From NCBI GenBank assembly GCA_964385105.1, contig CAYLMU010000002.1, positions 250,583 through 314,582 of the forward strand: a DNA stretch of 64,000 nucleotides. Reading direction: 5' to 3'. Source of the DNA: an uncultured Candidatus Saccharibacteria bacterium. GTDB lineage: Bacteria; Patescibacteriota; WWE3; UBA101185; UBA10185. Of the stretch, positions 19,017 through 28,965 are shown piece after piece; position 1 is the stretch's first letter, and the number at the start of each line of letters is the position of its first letter. A program made the position numbers and the translations under genes. The notes under the pieces are model-generated. The model saw nothing but the letters and a program-made list of their open reading frames with translations, was not told the DNA's origin and did no database searches.

Positions 19017-22000
19017 TTACTCAGTGCTTTTAACTAAATTGAAACGAAATCTTGGTTGAACAACGGCTTTTTTTGCTTCTTTTATTTCAATATAGGTCTG
19101 AATACATTCGGCAAAGTTATTTGAAATCCTATTCCAGTCAAAGTTTTCAGCCCAACTTAATGAATTTTTTTCATACTTAGCTCTTAATTCATCATCAATA
19201 AGTATTTTTTTGATAGCCTTAGAAAATGCTTTACTATTTCCAACTTCTACAGTAATACCGGTATATTTGTTTTTTACCGAATCAACCAACCCTGGAACTC
19301 GTGAAGCAACAACCGGTGTACCACATGCGTTTGCTTCCAGAACCGAAATGCCCCATCCTTCCATTGTTGATGGTTGTACAAAGACCCAAGCGCTCGATAA
19401 AAGTTTAATCTTTTCATCATCACTCACCCTACCTAAAAATTTCACGTTATTTTCAAGGTTTAACTCCTTTACCAATACTTCAAGGCGTTTTCTGCTCTCA
19501 CCAAAACCTGCAATCTTAACCTCTATATACGGCATAGTTTTTGCAAGATTTCGTGTGGCATATATTAGTGTTTCAAGTGATTTATATGGTTTTAAACGCC
19601 CTAAGTATAAAATTGACGGATTGACTGTTTTTGGACCGGGTTTTAAGTCGTTTAAGTCAACTCCAGGACTCATAATAATAATGTTGGAGTTTCTACCAAA
19701 TCCAATTCGTTCCATATCACTTTTGGATGAATTGGAAACTGTAACCATTTGAACATTTCTGTATACAAATGGCATAATTTTTGATTCTAATTGCTTGGCT
19801 ATAAACGCAACAGGCCATGAAGTAATGGGTAATTTTAGCTGTTTAAAAATTATTTCACTGTGAACATGGTGAACAAGACCAATAACCGGAGTTCGGGTAT
19901 AAAGTGGTGCAAAAAACGGAACTCCGTTTTCACTGTCAATTATAATGTCGTATTTGCTTCTAAACTTAAAAATGTAGTAGAAAAATGCCCAAATATAAAC
20001 TGTATAAAAACCGCCCCGTCTAACTACGTTAACTCCTTCTACTTGCTCGTTTCTTGTGTTTTTTCCGTCATTGCCGCAAAAAAGTGTTACATCATGACCA
20101 TCTTTAACCCATCTCTTTGCTAACTCATGAACATATACTTCAGCACCGCCTGCCCATACATGTTTTGTATCACGCCAATTCAAAATTAAAATGTTTAGCT
20201 TTCCGTCAGCTTTATAATCTACGTGTGCATATGCCGGTTGTGAATATTTTGGTAGCAAATCCAAAATGTCATGAGAAACTTCAATGAATTTTTCTTTAAA
20301 AGTGTGAAGTATTGCAACAGCAACCAAAAAGAATGCACCGCTTAAGATCATGACATTAACAACATGTGAAATATTTGCATGAAAAACATATAAACCAACA
20401 CTTTGCACTATAACAGTGAGAATCCCCGGAATTGCAAAAATATATTCTCTTCTTGCGTGATAATAAGTTACTACAGCATAAGCAACAGAAAAGAACATCA
20501 TAGCAAACGAAAATCTTATTAAATAAGGCAATATGGGCAATGCTTTTTCACCAAATAAAATCGGTATAGTTATGCTTCCTGCCAAACCTACTATAATAAA
20601 GGCAACAAAAGTTGAACTTACAATTGCAAGTAAAATCTTTTTAAATGCTACAGAAGTTTTTGAACCTGCACCTGCATCTTTGCTGACTATAGGAATAATA
20701 AATTGAGCAAACATGCTTCCAATCATATATACCATACGTCCAACAAGAATTAACAAGGCATACTGACCTGCCTCAATAGCACTTAAATAATGCTTTACAA
20801 AAATCAAGTCAAGACTCAAAAATGTCACAGCTGATAATTTGGTTAAAACGGCTGTTGTAAAAAATTTCTTTGATAATTTAAGATTTTCAGGTTTTTCAGG
20901 TTCTTGCTCTGTACGCGGTAACGCGGACCTAGCAATTCTTGCAGCTATTACCCATCCAACAACCATGGATACCAAAATTGAAATCGGTAAAGCTGTATAA
21001 ACCCACTCGCCCATATTAAATTGAACAAAAACAACAGAAAAAGCTAATTTAACGAATGCGCTAATTACAACCAAAAGTGCTAAAGCATAAAATTTGTGGC
21101 TTCCTTCCAAAAAACCAGTGTTTACTGCCTGAATGAGCAAAAGAGTCCACATTGGTGCAAATACAATAAACGGTACTAAAGTGTGTGAATTAAAAAATGT
21201 TGAAAGAAGAGGTATTGATGCTATCCATCCCGCAACTAGAATCAATGAGATTTTGGTTAATTTGTTTCTATATGTGTACCAAATCTCACTTCTTAACGAA
21301 TTATACTTTCCAAATAAAAATGCCGTGTTATTAGAAATTGTTTGAGCAACTCCCGCGGCTGGTATTTGAGCTATAAACATAAAACTACTCAATAATGCAA
21401 TAAGACCAAATCCTTCTTCGCTCAGTGTTCTCCCAAGGTAAGCGCTTGTTAAAAAGTTTAAAACGTTGGCAACCATTGTTGCTGCAATAAGCGCTAAACC
21501 GGCTGAAACGGTTGTATCATATAAGTTTTTGATTGTTGCTGTAGATATAGCCGGTTTTACAGTCGGCAAAGAGACACGCGGAAACGCCAGTGTTGGCCTT
21601 GATATAAATGCAAGTTTTCGGCTTTTTTTTGTAATGTTAAGATGCAGCCCATGATGTGTTTTTTCCCAGTGGTGAGGTTTAAATATTAATTGCCAAAAAG
21701 CCATTACTGCTGCTATACTCATTAAAAACCAGTAAAAAGGCACAAAAAATACAAATTTAATAAGGTTATACTTTTCGCGTTTAGCCAGCCCAATCATGTA
21801 GTTGTAGATATACAAAAAGTTTCCAAATACGAGTGAAAACGCTGCCATATAAAACACAAGTGATGGAAACAAAGCTTCAATCGTCTCACCTACATATTCG
21901 TTGAATACAAAGTATGAAATTGTTGCAAGCCATAAAATCGGGTTAATTAAAATAAAGCTAATTCTTAATCCAATTATTAATTGAAAGATTAAAGCATGAA

Positions 22001-23774
22001 TACCTTGTTTTCTTAAAAATGCAAGCGGGTCTCGCATATGAACAAGATAAGTTTGCATATAACCCTTTAACCATCTAGATCTTTGTCTTATCCAGTTTTT
22101 GACATTACTATTTGCTTCTTCTAAAGTTGTTGAATCAATAATTGCGGTCTTGTAGCCTTCTTTAAATAACCTGGCGCCCAAATCACAATCTTCAGTAACA
22201 TTAAACGGATCCCATCCATGAAGGTCTTTTAAGTATTGAGCTTTAAAGTGATTGCTTGTACCTCCTAACGGAATTGTTGTTTCAATACTCTGCAAACCCG
22301 GCAAAATGATATCAAACCACAAAGTATATTCGGCAGTAAACATTCTTGTTAATAAGTTGTGGTGGGGATTATAATAATTTAGCTTTGCCTGAACACAAAT
22401 AATATCCTCAGGAAGATTTTTAAATGCTAAATAAGCTTTTTTAAGCTGTAAAGAATCGGGCATGTCTTCGGCATCATAAATAACCACATATTCACCTGAG
22501 GCCATTTTTAATCCATAATTGCATGCTTTTGGTTTAGTTTTTGGCATAGAATGCGGAACAACGACGGTTTTGAAATATTCAGGCAAATTAAGCTTTTCGG
22601 CGGCTTTAACTGTCACATCATCGTCTTCTTCGAGTAATAACAGAACTTCAAGTTTATCTTTTGGCCAGTCTAGGGCACTAATTGCCTCAACAAAATTTTT
22701 TAAAACCGCATCTTCTTTATATAAGGGACATAAAATTGTATATATGGGCAAATTTTCATCTGATAAGCTATTTAATTCATCGGTATTTGGCTGAATTTCA
22801 GGCGGGTGGCTTAAACTCTTTAAAATTAGATAAATATTGAACAATACGTCCAAAAAGTAAATTGCACTCAATATTGCTAAAATCCAGATTAAAGTTTTAA
22901 AAGGATAAAATATTAAACTAGCTATAAACAAGACGATAACTGCAGAAATTAAGAATTTTTGATCTCTTTTTAGTGTGTATAAAGCGGATTTATAATGTGG
23001 AAGATTTGTATGAGTTTTATAATGCTTTCCTTTGTACACTGTGCTATGAGAATCTGTATCGTTGTGAGCTATGTGAAAAACCCGTCTTACTGTAAGTTTA
23101 GTTTTAATTGCAGCTATAGCTAATGCCCAGGCTGTTTTTGCAAAATTTATATTAGACGACCCGTTAACTCTTAAAACATAGTCAATGTCAACCCCGCCTA
23201 TTTTGTAGCCCAATTCTTTTGCTGTATGAAGTAATGTAACATCGAGTGTCCATGGTGTTACATGCTCAACATTCATATGATTTGCAATTTCTCGCTTGAA
23301 AACTTTTAACCCAGATTGAGTATCACAGTTAAGTCCCAATAAAAATTTTCCAAAAATTAATTTGTTTAATCTTGAACCTGCTTTTCTTACAAAAGTACTT
23401 GAATAAGTTCGTCTGTTTGCAACAACAACCCCTAAATTATCGATATATGCTTTTTTCAACATTTCAGGCAGTACCTCAGGAGGATATTGAAGATCCCCGT
23501 CTATAAATGCGACATATTCTGTTATGGCTAATTGCAAACCTTCAATAATAGAATAGCCCTTACCTTGTATACCTTTTTTTGTATGAATTTTTATAGGAAA
23601 TTCTTTTGAAAGATTAGTTAATATTTTTACAGTGGCATCTTTTGAATTATCATCAACAAAAATCAGCGTAAAATCAATATTTGCAACATCCATTGCACCT
23701 GATAGGCGATTCACTAATTCATTCAAGTTTTTCTCTTCATTATAAACCGGTATAATAATATCTAGAGCTTTCAT
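19017..23774 (-). CDS. Fusion protein: DPM1-like GT2 + processive-type membrane GT2 + Wzx/MOP-like flippase + GT4
   Basis: IPVYNE/VDDNS/DGDLQ; KPKACN/YDAED/TEDCD/QRSRW; about 12 TM block; WAGGAE...EGWGISVLEANACG. Confidence 0.88.
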   Translation of the reverse strand: MKALDIIIPVYNEEKNLNELVNRLSGAMDVANIDFTLIFVDDNSKDATVKILTNLSKEFPIKIHTKKGIQGKGYSIIEGLQLAITEYVAFIDGDLQYPPEVLPEMLKKAYIDNLGVVVANRRTYSSTFVRKAGSRLNKLIFGKFLLGLNCDTQSGLKVFKREIANHMNVEHVTPWTLDVTLLHTAKELGYKIGGVDIDYVLRVNGSSNINFAKTAWALAIAAIKTKLTVRRVFHIAHNDTDSHSTVYKGKHYKTHTNLPHYKSALYTLKRDQKFLISAVIVLFIASLIFYPFKTLIWILAILSAIYFLDVLFNIYLILKSLSHPPEIQPNTDELNSLSDENLPIYTILCPLYKEDAVLKNFVEAISALDWPKDKLEVLLLLEEDDDVTVKAAEKLNLPEYFKTVVVPHSMPKTKPKACNYGLKMASGEYVVIYDAEDMPDSLQLKKAYLAFKNLPEDIICVQAKLNYYNPHHNLLTRMFTAEYTLWFDIILPGLQSIETTIPLGGTSNHFKAQYLKDLHGWDPFNVTEDCDLGARLFKEGYKTAIIDSTTLEEANSNVKNWIRQRSRWLKGYMQTYLVHMRDPLAFLRKQGIHALIFQLIIGLRISFILINPILWLATISYFVFNEYVGETIEALFPSLVFYMAAFSLVFGNFLYIYNYMIGLAKREKYNLIKFVFFVPFYWFLMSIAAVMAFWQLIFKPHHWEKTHHGLHLNITKKSRKLAFISRPTLAFPRVSLPTVKPAISTATIKNLYDTTVSAGLALIAATMVANVLNFLTSAYLGRTLSEEGFGLIALLSSFMFIAQIPAAGVAQTISNNTAFLFGKYNSLRSEIWYTYRNKLTKISLILVAGWIASIPLLSTFFNSHTLVPFIVFAPMWTLLLIQAVNTGFLEGSHKFYALALLVVISAFVKLAFSVVFVQFNMGEWVYTALPISILVSMVVGWVIAARIARSALPRTEQEPEKPENLKLSKKFFTTAVLTKLSAVTFLSLDLIFVKHYLSAIEAGQYALLILVGRMVYMIGSMFAQFIIPIVSKDAGAGSKTSVAFKKILLAIVSSTFVAFIIVGLAGSITIPILFGEKALPILPYLIRFSFAMMFFSVAYAVVTYYHARREYIFAIPGILTVIVQSVGLYVFHANISHVVNVMILSGAFFLVAVAILHTFKEKFIEVSHDILDLLPKYSQPAYAHVDYKADGKLNILILNWRDTKHVWAGGAEVYVHELAKRWVKDGHDVTLFCGNDGKNTRNEQVEGVNVVRRGGFYTVYIWAFFYYIFKFRSKYDIIIDSENGVPFFAPLYTRTPVIGLVHHVHSEIIFKQLKLPITSWPVAFIAKQLESKIMPFVYRNVQMVTVSNSSKSDMERIGFGRNSNIIIMSPGVDLNDLKPGPKTVNPSILYLGRLKPYKSLETLIYATRNLAKTMPYIEVKIAGFGESRKRLEVLVKELNLENNVKFLGRVSDDEKIKLLSSAWVFVQPSTMEGWGISVLEANACGTPVVASRVPGLVDSVKNKYTGITVEVGNSKAFSKAIKKILIDDELRAKYEKNSLSWAENFDWNRISNNFAECIQTYIEIKEAKKAVVQPRFRFNLVKSTE

Positions 23775-23963
23775 TTTTATTTGGTTTGGGCATAAAAAAA
23801 TTACATACGAAAATATGTAATTTTGACGAGCAGGATTATATACTATTGGCAGGAATCTAAATAGTTATAGGATTATATAATATTTATTTGGTTAAAGCAA
23901 CCGTAGGTATTTTGCGGTATTTTACATGGCAGGATTGATAGTTATAAGTTATGTAATTTATCG

Positions 23964-24533
23964 TCATATTTTTAGTGTTATGTTTCCGATTTTTACCGGA
24001 AACTTAATAAAATTTGTCAAATAAAGCCCTACCGGATATATAATACCCCACGCAAGAAGAGTTTGTGGTATTTCATTAAATAAACCTTTTTTGCCAACAC
24101 CGTACCTCATAACCTCTTCAGGTAACGGAATCAAAAATTTCCATAGCCAGCCTGTTGCAATTATAAAAGTTGATGTTGCTAACAATACTAACATTGGCCT
24201 TGCTATTATGGCTATTGAAGGAGCAGTTCTAAATATGAAAAATTTAGTTATGAGACTAACTGTAAAAAAATACCATATCTGAGGTGATTGTGTGGATTTA
24301 ATAAATGAATATACAAAAACCATAAAGAACAAGAACAAAGCAAACTTATCTTTAATCGGCTTATTTTTATAATCCTCTATGGCCATGGTCGATATTATAG
24401 AAAAAATTTCAAACACAAGAAGCATTACACCGGTATCATAAATAAACTCAATGCTTCTTTCGGGATACAACAGAGCATAAACAAAGGGTACTGCAAGGAG
24501 TAAATTGCTTAGTTCAGAGATGTGACGTGACAT
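23964..24533 (-). CDS. Hypothetical membrane protein
   Basis: Multiple hydrophobic segments. Confidence 0.7.
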   Translation of the reverse strand: MSRHISELSNLLLAVPFVYALLYPERSIEFIYDTGVMLLVFEIFSIISTMAIEDYKNKPIKDKFALFLFFMVFVYSFIKSTQSPQIWYFFTVSLITKFFIFRTAPSIAIIARPMLVLLATSTFIIATGWLWKFLIPLPEEVMRYGVGKKGLFNEIPQTLLAWGIIYPVGLYLTNFIKFPVKIGNITLKI

Positions 24534-24682
24534 TATTTTAGTATATCAGGTTATCAAATAGATTTTATTAGTTCAAATTGTTGTATTAATTTTTTAGGTG
24601 TGCTTGTTTTTAAGTCATAAAAAACCTTAAGACGCCCTTTTTGGAATCTGTCATCTGCCGCAAAACGACGGAGTGCGAAATT

Positions 24683-27076
24683 CTAATGGTCAGAATAAAC
24701 GTAATCAAACACTGCACGGGCAACTGTCTCTAGACTTTTTGCACTGCATTTATCAAGCGTATCTTCAGTGGTATGAAACGGTGGGTACTCAAAATCAATC
24801 AACAGAAAACTCGGCACACCTGCTTGATTAAGCGGCGTATGGTCGTCATTTATACTCTGCTTTACTTCGTCTCGGAAAACTCCACTATCTACTTTTTGAG
24901 CAATAGACCAGAATGAATCAACTTGTGATTTAGCATTTTGAACCGACGATTGTTCTTTATAAATTCTCAAATCTTTGTCACATACCATGTCAAGTACAAG
25001 CGCTGTTATTGGCTTATTGTTACCGTAAATTTCGTTTAAATGCTCGGAAAAATATGTAGAGCCAAGAGGCCTCCAATTACTGTAATCACTGCCTTGATTG
25101 ATATCTCCCTCTTCGCCGTCAAAGAACACCAAATCAACACCAACATTTGGTATTACATGAGAACTGCCCAATATCCGCGCGAGTTCCACGAGAACGGCCA
25201 CACCCGACGCCGAATCATTGGCTCCTGGCGTGGGTTGGTCATTTTTACTCCAATCTTTATCCGCAAATTTCTTGCTGTCGTAGTGAGTCGCCAAAATGAT
25301 GCGACGTTCTTGTGTTGGTTGTAAACGTCCAATAATATTCGTTAATTGGTATGTGTTGCCGTCCGTTGCTTTGTAATCCCAAGATTGAGTTTTGACTTCG
25401 TGGGTTTGTTCTTGCATTTCGGCAATCAAAAACTCCTGAACATTTTCGTGCCCCGTCGAACCCATATAACGCGGGCCATAACGTAATTGCTGGTCTATGA
25501 CTGCTAGCATCTCGTTGCCGTCAATAAATGGTTTTCTACTGACGGTTCGCCGGAGAACTTCGGCCGTGAGGTATTCAACGGGGGAATAATTATCAGTCAA
25601 AACGGGATATGGTGACAAGTCAAATCGCTGAAGATTGATAATTTTTGTTGGTAGCGAGCTAATGATTGGGTTTTCATTTTGCAAAATTAAGGGAGCGTTA
25701 AAATCCACTTTCTTGTCGCTGTTATAACCGACAAAAATTATATTTTGCGAATTTGTTTTTTTCGGAGTCTCGATCGCAAAAAAATAACTGTTGGGAAAAA
25801 TGCTCTGGAATGTTTTTATTTCCGCAAAAATAAGGGACGGCTGTTGCCGTGATAAATCTCCAATAAGATTGGCGACAAATACGCCGTCGTCAGACAACTT
25901 CTCCTTTGCAACAACAAAAAATTCCCGCGTTGTGAAATGAGCAGGAATTGAAAAAAGGGAGTAATAAACATCACTGAATATCAAATCATATTTCTTTTCG
26001 GAATCGCGAAGGAAACGGCGACCATCCTCTGTGTAATTATGCAAATTCGGATTGTCTTCAACTTTAAAATATTGTTTAGCTAAATCAAACAACGAAGGTT
26101 CAATCTCTGATACATCAATAGTCGCATTCGGCAATTCGGCAAGTAGTGCTTTTGGTATTGAATATGCGCCGCCACCTATAATGAGGGCATTTTTAACATC
26201 AGGATTAAAAATTTTGTAGAGCGAATAGTATTTTGTGTATCCATAGACTAAATCGGTCGGGTCATCCGTATCAAGAAACATTGCTCCGGAGGCACTCCTG
26301 TCTTGCTGAAAAATTCTTATTGGTCTACTTCCTTGCGTGCTGTCATAGATTGTAATTTTTTCATAAACCCCATCCTTGCTGTATAAAGCCTTTCCTTTAA
26401 TCTGTTGAACAGTAAAAGAAGCGACGCCAACAAAAATCAAAATAGCGAATGCTGATTTTATAAGTCTTTTTTTGTCAAAACCGAAAACAATAAGAGGAAT
26501 AAAGCCGAGTAGGAATAGAACAACACCTGTTGATATGAAAATATAATCTATGCCGAAATTTGGTATCAAGACGAAGCCGGCAAGCAGACTACCAATAATG
26601 CTTCCAAGTGTGGACCAAAAAAATATTTTTCCTGAAACACTGCCAACGCCCTGACCTGGTTCCTGAATGCTTTGTAGTTTTATCGCATAAGGCGACAAAG
26701 TACCAAGTAGTATAGCGGGCACGAGGAACAAAAGAGCAGAAGAAATGAGCGGGCCGCTGACGAGTGAAAAACTCAAGCTTAAAATCGGCAGTAATAGTAT
26801 GCCTAAAAAATGAATAACGACAACCACCAAACCGCTCACAAGAATAATTCCAAAAAACCACCGCATGGTCGGATGCTTATCGGCAAACTTCCCGCCCGCA
26901 TAATAACCAACACTTAAAGCCGCAAGTATGACACTGATTACGCTCGAAACAGTAAAAATTGTGTTGCCAAAATGTGGCGAAAGAACCCGAACAGCAACAA
27001 TCTCAATTATCAAGACACAAGCCCCGGTGATAAAAACGGAAATGGGAAGTAAATTTTGCTTTACAAATTGGTTCAT
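24683..27076 (-). CDS. Fused membrane domain/spermidine-synthase-like SAM-binding domain/M28 peptidase (glutaminyl cyclase-like)
   Basis: 7-TM N-terminus; LIIGGGAY, EIEP, DGRRFL, DLIFSD, LTDNYSPVE; then HYDS, GANDSASG, DGEE, LDMV, DDH, HTTED. Confidence 0.85.
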   Translation of the reverse strand: MNQFVKQNLLPISVFITGACVLIIEIVAVRVLSPHFGNTIFTVSSVISVILAALSVGYYAGGKFADKHPTMRWFFGIILVSGLVVVVIHFLGILLLPILSLSFSLVSGPLISSALLFLVPAILLGTLSPYAIKLQSIQEPGQGVGSVSGKIFFWSTLGSIIGSLLAGFVLIPNFGIDYIFISTGVVLFLLGFIPLIVFGFDKKRLIKSAFAILIFVGVASFTVQQIKGKALYSKDGVYEKITIYDSTQGSRPIRIFQQDRSASGAMFLDTDDPTDLVYGYTKYYSLYKIFNPDVKNALIIGGGAYSIPKALLAELPNATIDVSEIEPSLFDLAKQYFKVEDNPNLHNYTEDGRRFLRDSEKKYDLIFSDVYYSLFSIPAHFTTREFFVVAKEKLSDDGVFVANLIGDLSRQQPSLIFAEIKTFQSIFPNSYFFAIETPKKTNSQNIIFVGYNSDKKVDFNAPLILQNENPIISSLPTKIINLQRFDLSPYPVLTDNYSPVEYLTAEVLRRTVSRKPFIDGNEMLAVIDQQLRYGPRYMGSTGHENVQEFLIAEMQEQTHEVKTQSWDYKATDGNTYQLTNIIGRLQPTQERRIILATHYDSKKFADKDWSKNDQPTPGANDSASGVAVLVELARILGSSHVIPNVGVDLVFFDGEEGDINQGSDYSNWRPLGSTYFSEHLNEIYGNNKPITALVLDMVCDKDLRIYKEQSSVQNAKSQVDSFWSIAQKVDSGVFRDEVKQSINDDHTPLNQAGVPSFLLIDFEYPPFHTTEDTLDKCSAKSLETVARAVFDYVYSDH

Positions 27077-27176
27077 ATATCTTGATGTTATTGTAGCAAT
27101 TCCAAGAGATTTCTCAATCTACATTCTGCCGATTTTTGAGCGATGACGGCTCTTAAAAAGCTGAAAAGTTTTGTGA

Positions 27177-27252
27177 TGGTGGGGAGGGTGGGAATCGAAC
27201 CCACATAGCCGGTTTTTCAGACCGGTGCCGTGACCGCCTTGGCTACCGCCCC
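27177..27252 (-). tRNA. tRNA-Phe(GAA)
   Basis: CCGGT-CT GAA AA-ACCGG, TTCGATT, CCA; acceptor GGGGCGG/CCTCCCC has one C:U mismatch. Confidence 0.9.
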
Positions 27253-27356
27253 TTATTTAACTACACCACAACCCAACTAAATATTAGCACAAAAAAGCTA
27301 AACTACGCTCTAAAAGCTATGTAATATTATCATATTTTTCTATTTAAATTGGTAAT

Positions 27357-28538
27357 TTAAAAACGTAGCAATGCTGCAATCTTATACTCATTGTCTAAGT
27401 CGTCAAACTCACCGTTTTCTATAGAAAAAACTCTTCCACCATTGGCTAAAGTATGAATAATACTAAAATTTACCAAATTGGTTAAGTTTTCATTCGTGAT
27501 TCCATTAATCACACCTTCTTTAATTTTAACGTTATTGTTTTGTTCATCATATCTGCCAAAAACAGTAAACTCTTTATCAACAAATAGTGTGTCAATACGC
27601 TGTTGAAATGCATTAGTTACTATTTCAGGTACATTTGCTATAGCCAAATTAGTGCCTAAAGCATCTTTAAACCTATTTACGTGTTTGAGTCTATTATCAT
27701 GATATTCGTCAAGAACTTTATTCCAAATTCGATCTTTTATGTTTTCTATATTAAGTAAATCAGGATTTTTGCTTATGAGCCTGTTGTATACATTAGGGTA
27801 TTCGGTAACCTCTTTAAACATTGCATAATTAGGAGCATCAGTTACTAAAATTAAGGGAAGCTCTTTGTTTTTAAATACTTCATTTAGGTCATCATCAATT
27901 TTATTTATAAAACGCCTTAAGTTTTCTTTTTTGGCATCATCATAAGCACCATGCCCATGATAAATGGATCCTCCTGATGAACCTGGCCCAACAGCTTTAC
28001 TCGAAGTATGTTGGATACTTTTCTCTGGGTCATCCATCCACAACGCTTCATCTATATTTTTTGCAACATTGCTTGTGTCAAGCTCTTCAAGATACCTGTT
28101 TGTACCTTTGAATGCCTTTACTCTTTTCTGGCTTAACAATAGTACATAATACTCAAGGTCAAGCTCCAAAAAAGGAACTAAAGGTTTAATATTAAATTTC
28201 TCACTAACATACACTAATTCTTTAAATTCAGTGGGTAATATAAAGTATTCAAAACTTTTTTCGGATGCAAAAATAGCCAGGCCTTCCTGCATGGAGTACC
28301 AAAAAGTTTCATCTGTACGCACTTCTTCCAAAAAGTCATTTAGTCTATTAATAATTTTTTCGTTTGTAAGTGACATTTGTGACTCGTTAACAAGGTTTTT
28401 TAGTCTGATTTTGGATTTTTCGTTTTCTTGCCAGACTCTATAAGTTTTCATATATAAAGATAATTTTTCTCCTTGGGATCTATTAGTTATTAGGTCTATA
28501 ACTTTAGTGCGAATACTGGGTTGATGAAGCAGTTTCAT
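27357..28538 (-). CDS. Bacterial archaeo-eukaryotic release factor homolog (baeRF3/7, Balon-like)
   Basis: LSLYM.T, IRLKNL, GLAIFAS, FNIKPL, YYVLLLSQ, HGHG, PLILV, RIDTLFV, NGGRV, AALLRF. Confidence 0.8.
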   Translation of the reverse strand: MKLLHQPSIRTKVIDLITNRSQGEKLSLYMKTYRVWQENEKSKIRLKNLVNESQMSLTNEKIINRLNDFLEEVRTDETFWYSMQEGLAIFASEKSFEYFILPTEFKELVYVSEKFNIKPLVPFLELDLEYYVLLLSQKRVKAFKGTNRYLEELDTSNVAKNIDEALWMDDPEKSIQHTSSKAVGPGSSGGSIYHGHGAYDDAKKENLRRFINKIDDDLNEVFKNKELPLILVTDAPNYAMFKEVTEYPNVYNRLISKNPDLLNIENIKDRIWNKVLDEYHDNRLKHVNRFKDALGTNLAIANVPEIVTNAFQQRIDTLFVDKEFTVFGRYDEQNNNVKIKEGVINGITNENLTNLVNFSIIHTLANGGRVFSIENGEFDDLDNEYKIAALLRF

Positions 28539-28579
28539 GGTTTTATTTTATTTATGTAGTTTTTGCAAATTATTTAAAG

Positions 28580-28870
28580 AAAGTAAAGAACAGGTAAGAA
28601 AAGGGAGAAGCCTTGCTGCCGGGTAGGAAACAGCAAAGCTTTTAGTTTACCTAAGAGGTAATTTTATAATTTCATTCAGCATAACATTGGCAAAATAAAG
28701 CGGTTTAACTAATTCGGCCAATGTAGCTTAAACTCTCGTAAGCGTAACTTGCAAGTAGAATGTCCTCTAGTTGCTCATGAAAAAATACTTTCTACTTGCT
28801 TCTCCCTTTTATTTTTTTGGCAGTTTGAGCAGGTTAGAAAGCTGTTAGCCCCAATTGGGGAGTCTAACAC
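28580..28870 (-). ncRNA. Putative structured RNA / long 5' leader of unknown family
   Basis: 13-bp closing helix 28599-28611/28798-28810 enclosing five hairpins; G-U pairs favour the minus strand; TATAAT at 28875-28880 (minus). Confidence 0.55.
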
Positions 28871-28965
28871 CACGATTATACAGTATTTGTAAATATATTT
28901 CATTTTATGAGTAAAAAATTATACAATCTTGTTAAAGTTTAACCAAAAAGTGGAAATAAGGAGAG

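Noticed and set aside
28611-28641. CCGGGTAGGAAACAGC resembles SRP RNA helix 8
   Set aside because: Lacks the CAGG partner of the symmetric loop and a GNRA tetraloop; wobble pairs favour the opposite strand
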